Source of the DNA: a virus
Lineage: Duplodnaviria; Caudoviricetes
Strand: one strand, 5' to 3'
Length of the DNA stretch: 25,569 nt
IMG/VR virus record: IMGVR_UViG_3300025838_000121
Location: 1 to 25,569 of that record
A model generated the notes under the pieces. It had not been told where the DNA came from, did not search any database, and worked only from the letters and a program-made list of their open reading frames with translations. Below, one piece after another: positions 9,449 to 16,411 of the stretch (position 1 is its first letter; the number at the start of each line of letters is the position of its first letter). The translations under genes and the position numbers were made by a program.

Positions 9449-10290
9449 GCGTCAATCTCTCCCCCATTTTTAACGCAGTAGCCCAAACAAACAGCACAGG
9501 ACTTCCCCTAAATGGTGGGTTCTTGTATACTTATTTGGCTGGGTCTAGCACCCCACTAGCCACTTATACAGACTCTGCTGGTTCAGTTCCTAATACAAAC
9601 CCAATCATTCTAGGAACTGACGGCCGACCCCCTTATGAGATTTGGCTAAATAACGCCTATGGTTATAAATTTGTATTGACCGACAGCGCATCTAACCTAA
9701 TCGGCACATACGACAATGTGTTTGGTTCGTCTAGTTACTATGGCCCATCGACTGCGGTGACGGCGGTAACAGGAACTTCACCTATTAGCGTATCTTCTGG
9801 TAACACCCCTAATGTATCGTTTTCGGGTGTATTAGGGCGTACAAATGGTGGTACAGGGGTTTCTAGCCCTCCCGTGGCTTATGTTCACCAAATCACGGCT
9901 CAGAGTATTGCATCGGCTACTGTGACTGTAATCCAGTATGAAACTGTAAATTACGACACCAATAGCATTTGGTTGCAAAGTAATTATGCTTTTGTTCCTA
10001 ATGTGCCTGGATACTATCAAGTCAACGTCAGTTGTACTATTTCTAGCACTAGCGCTGGTTACCAAGTGGGTTGCGGTGTATTGCAAAATGGTAGCACTTT
10101 GGTGGATTACAACGTGGCAGCATCGAGCGCCCTTGGTAGTACCCCAGTTTGTTCGACTATTGTAAAATGCAATGGATCAACTGATTACATTCAAGGTGTC
10201 GTAGCACAATCTTCAGGTGGGTCACTCAGCACTACACCTAGCACAGTCGCTGATACTACGTTCTCCATAGCATTTTTACGAGGTTTGTAA
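9445..10290 (+). CDS. Tailspike/fibre-like protein: P22 head-binding-like N-terminal domain plus C1q/TNF-like C-terminal beta domain
   Basis: N-terminus GLPLNGGFLYTYLAGSSTPLATYTD...NPIILGTDGRP...YKFVL; C-terminus YDTNSIW...FVPNVPGYYQVN...CNGSTDYI. Same slot as P22 gene 9. Confidence 0.7.
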   Translation: MSVNLSPIFNAVAQTNSTGLPLNGGFLYTYLAGSSTPLATYTDSAGSVPNTNPIILGTDGRPPYEIWLNNAYGYKFVLTDSASNLIGTYDNVFGSSSYYGPSTAVTAVTGTSPISVSSGNTPNVSFSGVLGRTNGGTGVSSPPVAYVHQITAQSIASATVTVIQYETVNYDTNSIWLQSNYAFVPNVPGYYQVNVSCTISSTSAGYQVGCGVLQNGSTLVDYNVAASSALGSTPVCSTIVKCNGSTDYIQGVVAQSSGGSLSTTPSTVADTTFSIAFLRGL

Positions 10291-10490
10291 TGAACATCGA
10301 CCCAATCCAATATGGACAAATCATTTCTAAAGTTGAATTTTTAGAAAATGAAGTGGCTAATATGCGTAGTGACGTTAAAAAGCTCTTAGAGCTTGCTAAT
10401 CAGTCTAAGGGTGGCCTATGGATGGGTATGGCGTTTGCGAGTCTTATAGGGGCTATGCTTCACTTCTTGGGTGAGAAGTTCTTGAAATGA
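10290..10490 (+). CDS. Small membrane protein (coiled coil + C-terminal TM), lysis-cassette associated
   Basis: Heptad segment, then GGLWMGMAFASLIGAMLHFLG hydrophobic helix; coupled overlaps on both sides. Confidence 0.65.
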   Translation: MNIDPIQYGQIISKVEFLENEVANMRSDVKKLLELANQSKGGLWMGMAFASLIGAMLHFLGEKFLK

Positions 10491-11034
10491 TTGACCCGGT
10501 TACCATCTTTGCTGCTTGTAAGGCTGCTCACGCTGGTATCAAAGAGTGTGTAGAACTTTACCAAAACTTTAAACAAGACGGCAAAGACGTTGGTGAAATA
10601 TTAAATGACGTTGGTTTACATTTAGGTAACTTTTTTACGCATCAGGAATCGTTTAAGGAAGCTGAAAAACAGGCAAAACTTCAGCCACTTAAGAATGTAT
10701 CCATTAATGAAGAAGCGATGAATAGGATTCTGCGCCAACAGCAAATCGAGCAAATGGAGACCGAGTTACGAGAAATGATCATATATCAGGTCGGAATGCC
10801 TGGTCTATGGCAAAAATTCACAGAAATGCGTGAAATTGTTAAAAAAGAGCGAGAAAAGATCGAGCGTGAGCAAAAAAAGCCTTGGAACTCGCTGCTCTCA
10901 AACGTAGGCAGTTTATTGACAAGTGGCAAGTTCGGTTGGCGTTGGCAACAGGTTTGTTTACATGGTTATTTATATTTGCCCTACTCATGTATGGCATTCA
11001 CTTAGACTATCAAAAAAGTAAGGGGATATTATGA
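10487..11034 (+). CDS. Lysis-region protein; 172 aa in frame 0 (stop 11005) or 182 aa with C-terminal TM via -1 shift at 10873-10879 (stop 11034)
   Basis: In-frame CAA AAA AAG. The -1 frame reads ALELAALKRRQFIDKWQVRLALATGLFTWLFIFALLMYGIHLDYQKSKGIL* and ends in an ATGA overlap with the holin start. Confidence 0.7.
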
Positions 11035-11528
11035 GTTGGTTAGGACAAATCGCACCTACGATTGCTACTGCTTTGGGTGGGCCACTAGCAGGTATGGCTA
11101 CTGAATTGATTGGAAAAACCCTAGGTATTTCATCTGAGGAAGTAACTACGGCAATTAATTCAAACAAATTGACCGCAGATCAGATTGCTGGGCTACAACA
11201 AGCTGAGTTGGCTTTAAAGGCCAAAGCTCAAGAAATGGGTCTAGACTTTGAATCTTTAGCCACACAAGACAGAAAGTCGGCTAGGGATATGCAAATGACT
11301 GTTAAGTCTTTGATCCCCCCCATCTTAGCTATTGGTATCACAATCGGGTTCTTTGGGATTATGGCCGGCATGATGTCAGGCAAAGTCCAGTCTAGCGAAG
11401 CATTAATGATACTCTTAGGTTCACTTGGGACAGCGTGGACAGGAGTTATAAGTTTCTATTTTGGTTCTTCAGCTTCTAGCCAAGCCAAAGATTCAATGAT
11501 TCACAACTCAACACCGATAGCAAAATGA
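11031..11528 (+). CDS. Holin-like membrane protein (3TM/GTA-holin-like)
   Basis: APTIATALGGPLAG N-terminus, DRKSARDM, two C-terminal TM helices ending ISFYFGSS; directly before the endolysin. Confidence 0.72.
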   Translation: MSWLGQIAPTIATALGGPLAGMATELIGKTLGISSEEVTTAINSNKLTADQIAGLQQAELALKAKAQEMGLDFESLATQDRKSARDMQMTVKSLIPPILAIGITIGFFGIMAGMMSGKVQSSEALMILLGSLGTAWTGVISFYFGSSASSQAKDSMIHNSTPIAK

Positions 11529-11956
11529 CACAACTAACCAACCATTTCACCCTAGAAGAACTGACTCATACCGACCATCGTGAATTCGACAATACGCCTA
11601 ATGAAGTTGAAAAGGCTAATCTCATGCGATTGGCTGAGTTTCTTGAGCAAGTTAAGGACTTACTTGGCGGTGTGCCAATTATGGTTAACTCGGCTTTTAG
11701 GTCTAAACAGGTTAATGACGCTGTGGGAAGTAAAGATACTTCTCAGCATCGTGTTGGCTGTGCTGCTGATCTGCGTGTACCAAATCTCACTCCTGATCAG
11801 GTAGTCAAGAAAATCATGGCTTCCAACCTAGAGTACGACCAAGTGATTAGGGAGTTTGATAGGTGGACTCATGTATCAATTCCAAATAATCCATACGATA
11901 AACCCAGAAAAATGGCTTTAATTATCGACAAAAATGGAACTAGGAAGTATAGTTAA
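11525..11956 (+). CDS. Endolysin, peptidase M15 family (zinc)
   Basis: LTNHFTLEEL, SAFRS, SQH-x6-D (SQHRVGCAAD) and WTHVS zinc-ligand pattern. Confidence 0.88.
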   Translation: MTQLTNHFTLEELTHTDHREFDNTPNEVEKANLMRLAEFLEQVKDLLGGVPIMVNSAFRSKQVNDAVGSKDTSQHRVGCAADLRVPNLTPDQVVKKIMASNLEYDQVIREFDRWTHVSIPNNPYDKPRKMALIIDKNGTRKYS

Positions 11957-11977
11957 AGCGCAGTTGCAAAGAAGTTT

Positions 11978-12003
11978 AGGGGGATTATTCCCCCTTTTTT
12001 TTT
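11978..12003 (+). terminator. Rho-independent terminator ending the virion/lysis transcript
   Basis: AGGGGGA-TTAT-TCCCCCT 7-bp stem followed by 8 T. Confidence 0.9.
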
Positions 12004-12041
12004 GTCGAATTAGTGTAATAATTGATAACGACAATAAACCT

Positions 12042-12461
12042 ATGCAAATCAAACTCATAGACACAAGTGTTCAAGAGAATTTTGAACTTGTAAATAGGTT
12101 ACAAAAAGAGACCTTACCTTACGATACTTTGTACAACTGTCGAGAAGGATGGTGGTGGGTAGCCTATGAAAATAATAGACCTTGTGGATTTGCTGGGTTG
12201 GTTTGCTCTAGCCGCTGGACTGATTGCGGTTATTTGTGTCGTAGTGGTGTTGTACGAGAGTTTCGTGGTCGAGGACTGCAAAAGCGTCTTATACGAGCAA
12301 GAGAGAAAATGGCCAGGCGAGTAGGGTTTAACTGGCTAATTACTGACACCACAGACAATCCCCCATCTTCTAATTCCCTAATTGCGTTGCAATATCGTTT
12401 GTTTAATCCCTCTCAACCTTGGGCGGGTAGACACTCGCTATATTGGAGAAAGAAGCTATGA
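12042..12461 (+). CDS. GNAT-family acetyltransferase
   Basis: Motif A GVVREFRGRGLQKRL and motif B NPPSSNSL. Start reassigned to ATG 12042 because the longer ORF runs through the terminator. Confidence 0.85.
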   Translation: MQIKLIDTSVQENFELVNRLQKETLPYDTLYNCREGWWWVAYENNRPCGFAGLVCSSRWTDCGYLCRSGVVREFRGRGLQKRLIRAREKMARRVGFNWLITDTTDNPPSSNSLIALQYRLFNPSQPWAGRHSLYWRKKL

Positions 12462-13408
12462 GCTATTTATCTGACGAAGAGTTTTTAATGCTTTTTGGGT
12501 TGTACAAAAGTCCCACTCTAATGTCACAAGAAACAGGAATGTCAGCAAGAGGAATCATAGCTCGTAGAAACGCTTTAGAAGGTCGCTACGGCGTTCAATT
12601 AGAGACAGTAGCCGTTAAGAAAAGGATTGATCCAAAGCCCCCTAGACTCGATCTAGGCATCTTAAATGGGTCTGTAATTGTGTTTTCTGACGCTCACTTT
12701 TGGCCTGGTATCCGAACAACAGCCTACGATGGGTTAATTTGGGCGATCAGAAACATTGAAAATCTCAAGGCTGTGATCAATAATGGTGACGCATTTGACG
12801 GGGCAAGTATTAGTCGATTCCCTAGAATTGGTTGGGATAAGACCCCTAGTCTCATTGAAGAACTAAAAGCCTGTGATATGGCGTTGGCTGAGATAGAAGA
12901 AGAAGCCAAAGAGGTTAACAAAAATGTTAAGTTAATGTGGCCAATGGGCAATCACGATGCTCGGTTTGAGAATAGATTGGCAGCCAACGCTCCCCAATAC
13001 GAGCATATTAAGGGTTTTAGCCTAAAAGACCACTTCCCTGCTTGGCATCCCTGTTGGTCAGTTTGGTTAAATGAGAGCGTAATTGTCAAACACCGATACA
13101 AAGGTGGCATCCACGCTACCCACAATAATACAGTTACGGCTGGCGTTAGTATGGTCACAGGACATTTACATAGCCTAAAAGTGACCCCATATGACGATTA
13201 CACAGGGACTAGGTACGGGGTTGATACAGGAACTCTAGCCGAACCTACTGGCCCACAGTTTGAGAACTATTTAGAGCATTCACCGACCAATTGGCGGTCA
13301 GGTTTTGCTATTCTTACATTCCATAAAGGTGTATTATTATGGCCTGAAGTGGTAAAAGTGTTTGATAAAGACCACATAGAGTTCCGTGGACAAGTAATAA
13401 AAGTGTAA
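12458..13408 (+). CDS. Calcineurin-like metallophosphoesterase
   Basis: SDAH, NGDAFD, GNHD, KH and GHLH motifs; ATG 12458 makes an ATGA overlap with the GNAT stop. Confidence 0.88.
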   Translation: MSYLSDEEFLMLFGLYKSPTLMSQETGMSARGIIARRNALEGRYGVQLETVAVKKRIDPKPPRLDLGILNGSVIVFSDAHFWPGIRTTAYDGLIWAIRNIENLKAVINNGDAFDGASISRFPRIGWDKTPSLIEELKACDMALAEIEEEAKEVNKNVKLMWPMGNHDARFENRLAANAPQYEHIKGFSLKDHFPAWHPCWSVWLNESVIVKHRYKGGIHATHNNTVTAGVSMVTGHLHSLKVTPYDDYTGTRYGVDTGTLAEPTGPQFENYLEHSPTNWRSGFAILTFHKGVLLWPEVVKVFDKDHIEFRGQVIKV

Positions 13409-13416
13409 GGATTTAT

Positions 13417-13635
13417 ATGAAGATGACAATTACAAGAGAAAAAGCCAAAGTAACTGACCCCAAGGTTTACGAGATCGTTCGTGAGCATAAAAAGGAACGT
13501 GAGAAGGTTATGGCGTTGGAGAAAGAGCTAAAAGCGCATGAAAAGACTGATATGACTCACGCTCATCCAATGCACTCACCCAGCGCTACAGCTCACGGCC
13601 AAAGCCAAGCGCCCTTACCTAGCATGAGAAAGTAA
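13417..13635 (+). CDS. Hypothetical protein (charged helix, His-rich tail)
   Basis: SD TAAGGA upstream; overlaps the convergent gene by 21 nt. Confidence 0.6.
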   Translation: MKMTITREKAKVTDPKVYEIVREHKKEREKVMALEKELKAHEKTDMTHAHPMHSPSATAHGQSQAPLPSMRK

Positions 13636-13881
13636 GCGTTCTATTGTGACGTTTAGGGCATCCAGTTCTTCCATCTTCTGGATTGCCCACATTCTCTTTT
13701 GACCATGCCAGCCCATGATTGGGCCTTGGTGACAGTCTTTGCACAGAGCGATACAAGTGTACGTCAAGCCTTGTTTGACATGATGTGCGTCTGACGGCCC
13801 ACTAGCGTCACATACTGAGCAAGGTAATTCTTTAACCCTGCCTAACCACTCACGCTCACGTTTGGTAAGTTTGTTATTCAT
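13615..13881 (-). CDS. Zn-binding HNH-like nuclease (Ref/DUF968-like)
   Basis: LPCSVC...DAHH...IALCKDCH pattern. Confidence 0.7.
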   Translation of the reverse strand: MNNKLTKREREWLGRVKELPCSVCDASGPSDAHHVKQGLTYTCIALCKDCHQGPIMGWHGQKRMWAIQKMEELDALNVTIERLLSHAR

Positions 13882-14203
13882 GGGAACGTATCGCCAAGCG
13901 CTCAGAAGCCTCTCTGGTGCGAAATATGTCTATGGATAACCTACTGGCCTCAAGTTCGTATTTAAGCGTTTCCTCGACTGCTACAGCCTCTACAAGTTCA
14001 TCTATGGTCTTGGCGTACAACTCACTGGCATAAGCCTCACGTTCTTGTGCTGAAACTTGGGTGTAGCCATTTTCCAACGCATCACGCATGGCATGGGCTT
14101 TGATGGTTTTAAGTTTAAGTTCTGCCCCTATACGCTTAGATTTAGCTTGGGCATAAATACTAGCGTTTCTAGCAATAAATTCAGCGTGTTTTTCAGGATT
14201 CAT
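13874..14203 (-). CDS. Hypothetical helical phage protein
   Basis: Coupled overlaps with both neighbours; AQEREAYAS motif. Confidence 0.65.
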   Translation of the reverse strand: MNPEKHAEFIARNASIYAQAKSKRIGAELKLKTIKAHAMRDALENGYTQVSAQEREAYASELYAKTIDELVEAVAVEETLKYELEASRLSIDIFRTREASERLAIRSHE

Positions 14204-14478
14204 AGGTTCTCTACCAGTTTTAATACTCTGATGGCCGATTCAACATCACTAACCACAGACAAAACGCCCCCTGTCCATTTGCCGTGGAACACGATCTGGT
14301 CTTCAGTCAGTTTGTTATTGCCAAACTTAACCTCCATTAAGATTGTGTGGCGTTTGTATCCAACAAGCAGATCAGGAACGCCTTTACCCACTGTAGCGAG
14401 TGACACCACAAAAGCACCATAGTCCCTGAGTGCCTGGACAATTTCAGTCTGGTTACGATCCACTTTGGCAGCTCTCAT
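14200..14478 (-). CDS. VRR-NUC / PD-(D/E)XK nuclease (putative Holliday junction resolvase)
   Basis: RAAKVDRNQTEIV, GVPDLLVG, MEVK, LTEDQ. Confidence 0.82.
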   Translation of the reverse strand: MRAAKVDRNQTEIVQALRDYGAFVVSLATVGKGVPDLLVGYKRHTILMEVKFGNNKLTEDQIVFHGKWTGGVLSVVSDVESAIRVLKLVENL

Positions 14479-14644
14479 TGATTTCTTTCATGCGTTGTGC
14501 AACGGCCTTGCCAAGCCCTTTAAACATACCTGTAGGATGATTTTCCATTTCTTTGACCTGATGCCTGGCATGGTCAACAGAGCCGCTCTCCAAGGCCATA
14601 CGAGCATAATGATCAATGATGACCTGAATGTCAATGTATTTCAC
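14453..14644 (-). CDS. Hypothetical protein
   Basis: GTG start with GGAG 8 nt upstream, directly abutting the stop of the alternative-frame MTase ORF. Confidence 0.6.
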   Translation of the reverse strand: MKYIDIQVIIDHYARMALESGSVDHARHQVKEMENHPTGMFKGLGKAVAQRMKEINESCQSGS

Positions 14645-15611
14645 TCAAGATTCTCCAAGCGGTTGCTGCACAAAGGGGGACTTGTCCATTTCCGAGGGCT
14701 TTAATTCTGTCCACCCTTGAGGCCATCCCATTAACCACTCTACCCACATCGGGTTCAGTTGACCAGAAGTCTGACTCACGCACATTTGCAGATTGACTTG
14801 TTTCCCAATTTCCATACGTCTTTGAATTGATGGATTGCTCAAATTTCCTCTGTCCTTGGAGTCCGATACTTGTGGTGTTGGCCAATTCTTTTTCATTTCC
14901 AAGTTGACCGCATCCGATAGTTTTGCCCCAAATTTCGTTCCCGTAGTCAAACTGGTTCTGACAAATCTGTTGTTCGTTAATTCGATTCCATTTTGTTTTG
15001 GACTCATCCAATCCGATGATGTTGGTGTCGGCCATTTCTCTATGCGTTGTTTTAATGCTTTTCTGCTGTTGCTCCCACCATCTAATCCTGTCGTGTTGGG
15101 TGTGTGAAAGGTGTCCACTCCATTTGGCGACAATCCAAATCCTGTCCCTCTGATGTGGCGCTCCAACGTCAGCTGCTCCCAACACTCCCCATCTCGCATC
15201 AAACCCCATTGAGGCCAAGTCTCCGAGAACTCGTCCAAGTCCCCTAGAAGTGAGCATTGGTGAGTTTTCCACAAAGACGTATTTGGGTCGTACTTCACAA
15301 ATGATCCTTGCCATTTCTCGCCACATTCCAGAGGCTTTTCCATCAATTCCAGCGCCTTTTCCTGCTGCTGAAATGTCGGTGCAAGGAAATCCTCCAGATA
15401 CAACGTCAACAATTCCCTGCCAAGGTTTTCCGTCAAAGGTTTGTACGTCATCCCAAATCGGGAAAGGCGGGAGAAGGCCGTCATTTTGTCGGGCGCACAG
15501 TACGCTTGCTGGGTATTGCTCCCATTCAACTGCACAGACTGTTCTCCATCCAAGGAGATGTCCCCCAAGTATTCCTCCACCAGCACCTGCGAAAAGAGCC
15601 AACTCATTCAT
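14631..15611 (-). CDS. DNA (cytosine-5) methyltransferase, catalytic (alpha-like) chain lacking a recognisable motif IX
   Basis: Motif I LFAGAGG, IV GGFPC, VI VENS, VIII PHQRDRIWI, X RIKALGNGQVP. Confidence 0.92.
   Translation of the reverse strand: MNELALFAGAGGGILGGHLLGWRTVCAVEWEQYPASVLCARQNDGLLPPFPIWDDVQTFDGKPWQGIVDVVSGGFPCTDISAAGKGAGIDGKASGMWREMARIICEVRPKYVFVENSPMLTSRGLGRVLGDLASMGFDARWGVLGAADVGAPHQRDRIWIVAKWSGHLSHTQHDRIRWWEQQQKSIKTTHREMADTNIIGLDESKTKWNRINEQQICQNQFDYGNEIWGKTIGCGQLGNEKELANTTSIGLQGQRKFEQSINSKTYGNWETSQSANVRESDFWSTEPDVGRVVNGMASRVDRIKALGNGQVPLCAATAWRILSEIH
14645..15607 (-). CDS. Overprinted +1-frame ORF, putative beta chain of the methyltransferase (motif IX + WPTP repeats)
   Basis: 320 stop-free codons inside the MTase gene; GQLNPMWVEWLMGWPQGWT resembles motif IX; SD GAGGT 6 nt before its ATG; abuts neighbouring genes at both ends. 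Confidence 0.8.
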   Translation of the reverse strand: MSWLFSQVLVEEYLGDISLDGEQSVQLNGSNTQQAYCAPDKMTAFSRLSRFGMTYKPLTENLGRELLTLYLEDFLAPTFQQQEKALELMEKPLECGEKWQGSFVKYDPNTSLWKTHQCSLLGDLDEFSETWPQWGLMRDGECWEQLTLERHIRGTGFGLSPNGVDTFHTPNTTGLDGGSNSRKALKQRIEKWPTPTSSDWMSPKQNGIELTNNRFVRTSLTTGTKFGAKLSDAVNLEMKKNWPTPQVSDSKDRGNLSNPSIQRRMEIGKQVNLQMCVSQTSGQLNPMWVEWLMGWPQGWTELKPSEMDKSPFVQQPLGES

Positions 15612-15970
15612 ATACCTCGCCTTAGTTCTTGTAGTTTCTTTTTAATATCGTCTGGCATTGGCACAGCGTTCTTTTTATCTTCTTCAAACTTCTTCAGGAA
15701 AGGGTCTACAACCTCTTTAGGGGTGATTTCTGGCACTTCAGCACCATCCCATCGTTGCTGGTTCAAATAAACGCTTGGAGCTGGTATAAACGCCCCATTT
15801 GACTTACGCCATTGATCGGTCGTTTTCATCCATTCAACGTGTTTAATGATGGAATCACAACAGCTCTCAAGATAGTTCTTTTCCCATATCTTCATACATT
15901 GTGACTTACCCCCTTTTCGTGTAGATATTGGCCACGTTCTCCAAAATCTATCAAATCCTGATTCAAACAT
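15608..15970 (-). CDS. Short replication-initiator-like protein (C-terminal domain only)
   Basis: FDRFWRTWP...KGGK...W and FIPAPSVYLNQQRWD motifs typical of phage replication protein C-termini. ATG 15970 has GGGG upstream; alternative start at 15994. Confidence 0.7.
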   Translation of the reverse strand: MFESGFDRFWRTWPISTRKGGKSQCMKIWEKNYLESCCDSIIKHVEWMKTTDQWRKSNGAFIPAPSVYLNQQRWDGAEVPEITPKEVVDPFLKKFEEDKKNAVPMPDDIKKKLQELRRGI

Positions 15971-16074
15971 TTCAGCCCCTTTTTCTTTAGTCATAGGTTA
16001 TCCTAGGGTGGATAGTATCCACTCCTCTCCAACCCTGTTAATCTTAATGTGTCTTAAAGTATCTAAATAGCATC

Positions 16075-16395
16075 AACAAAAGCCCAAGTGCCCATGAGGG
16101 GTTAATTCGCTTATACACAAGGCCTAGTTGCCACCTGAGTTACCTTGTGCTTTACCAGTCGGTTAACCAACGCTGGTCACATTTTTCACCGGGGTGTGTC
16201 GGTGTGCGGTGTTTAACTCCTAGCCATCCATTCAAATGCTCTGCTATCGTGAGGAGTACGGAAGCCGAGTAGAAATGAAAAAAGCCGCTTAAAACTACAT
16301 TCTGGTAGGAACTTTAACCAATATGCACTACGAATATTGGATAAAGCAGAATGTAGTCTCAAACGGCTTCAAATCATTGCTTCCTACGGCAACAG
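16075..16395 (-). ncRNA. Candidate structured non-coding RNA / leader upstream of the replication gene
   Basis: No credible ORF; at least six stems found by eye; TATAAT on the minus strand at 16406-16401. Confidence 0.5.
16278..16369 (-). terminator. Long bulged hairpin followed by U6 (terminator/attenuator)
   Basis: Paired arms (+ coordinates): AAGCCG 16282-87/CGGCTT 16364-69, ACTACATTCTG 16294-304/CAGAATGTAGT 16347-57, CTTTA/TAAAG, CCAATAT/ATATTGG. A6 at 16278-83. Confidence 0.75.
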
Positions 16396-16400
16396 TTTGG

Positions 16401-16406
16401 ATTATA
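16401..16406 (-). promoter_or_regulatory. Perfect -10 hexamer (TATAAT) for the leftward leader
   Basis: ATTATA on the + strand just upstream of the structured region; no convincing -35 seen. Confidence 0.5.
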
Positions 16407-16411
16407 CACAT

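Noticed and set aside
11934-12041. N-terminal extension of the GNAT ORF
   Set aside because: Runs through the intrinsic terminator; ATG 12042 fits the domain start.
14835-15770. Four plus-strand ORFs opposite the MTase (triple coding?)
   Set aside because: Expected by-product of constraint on two sense frames; no motifs or start signals.
16075-16395. tRNA, CRISPR array or iteron array
   Set aside because: No cloverleaf or T-loop consensus and no regularly spaced direct repeats.
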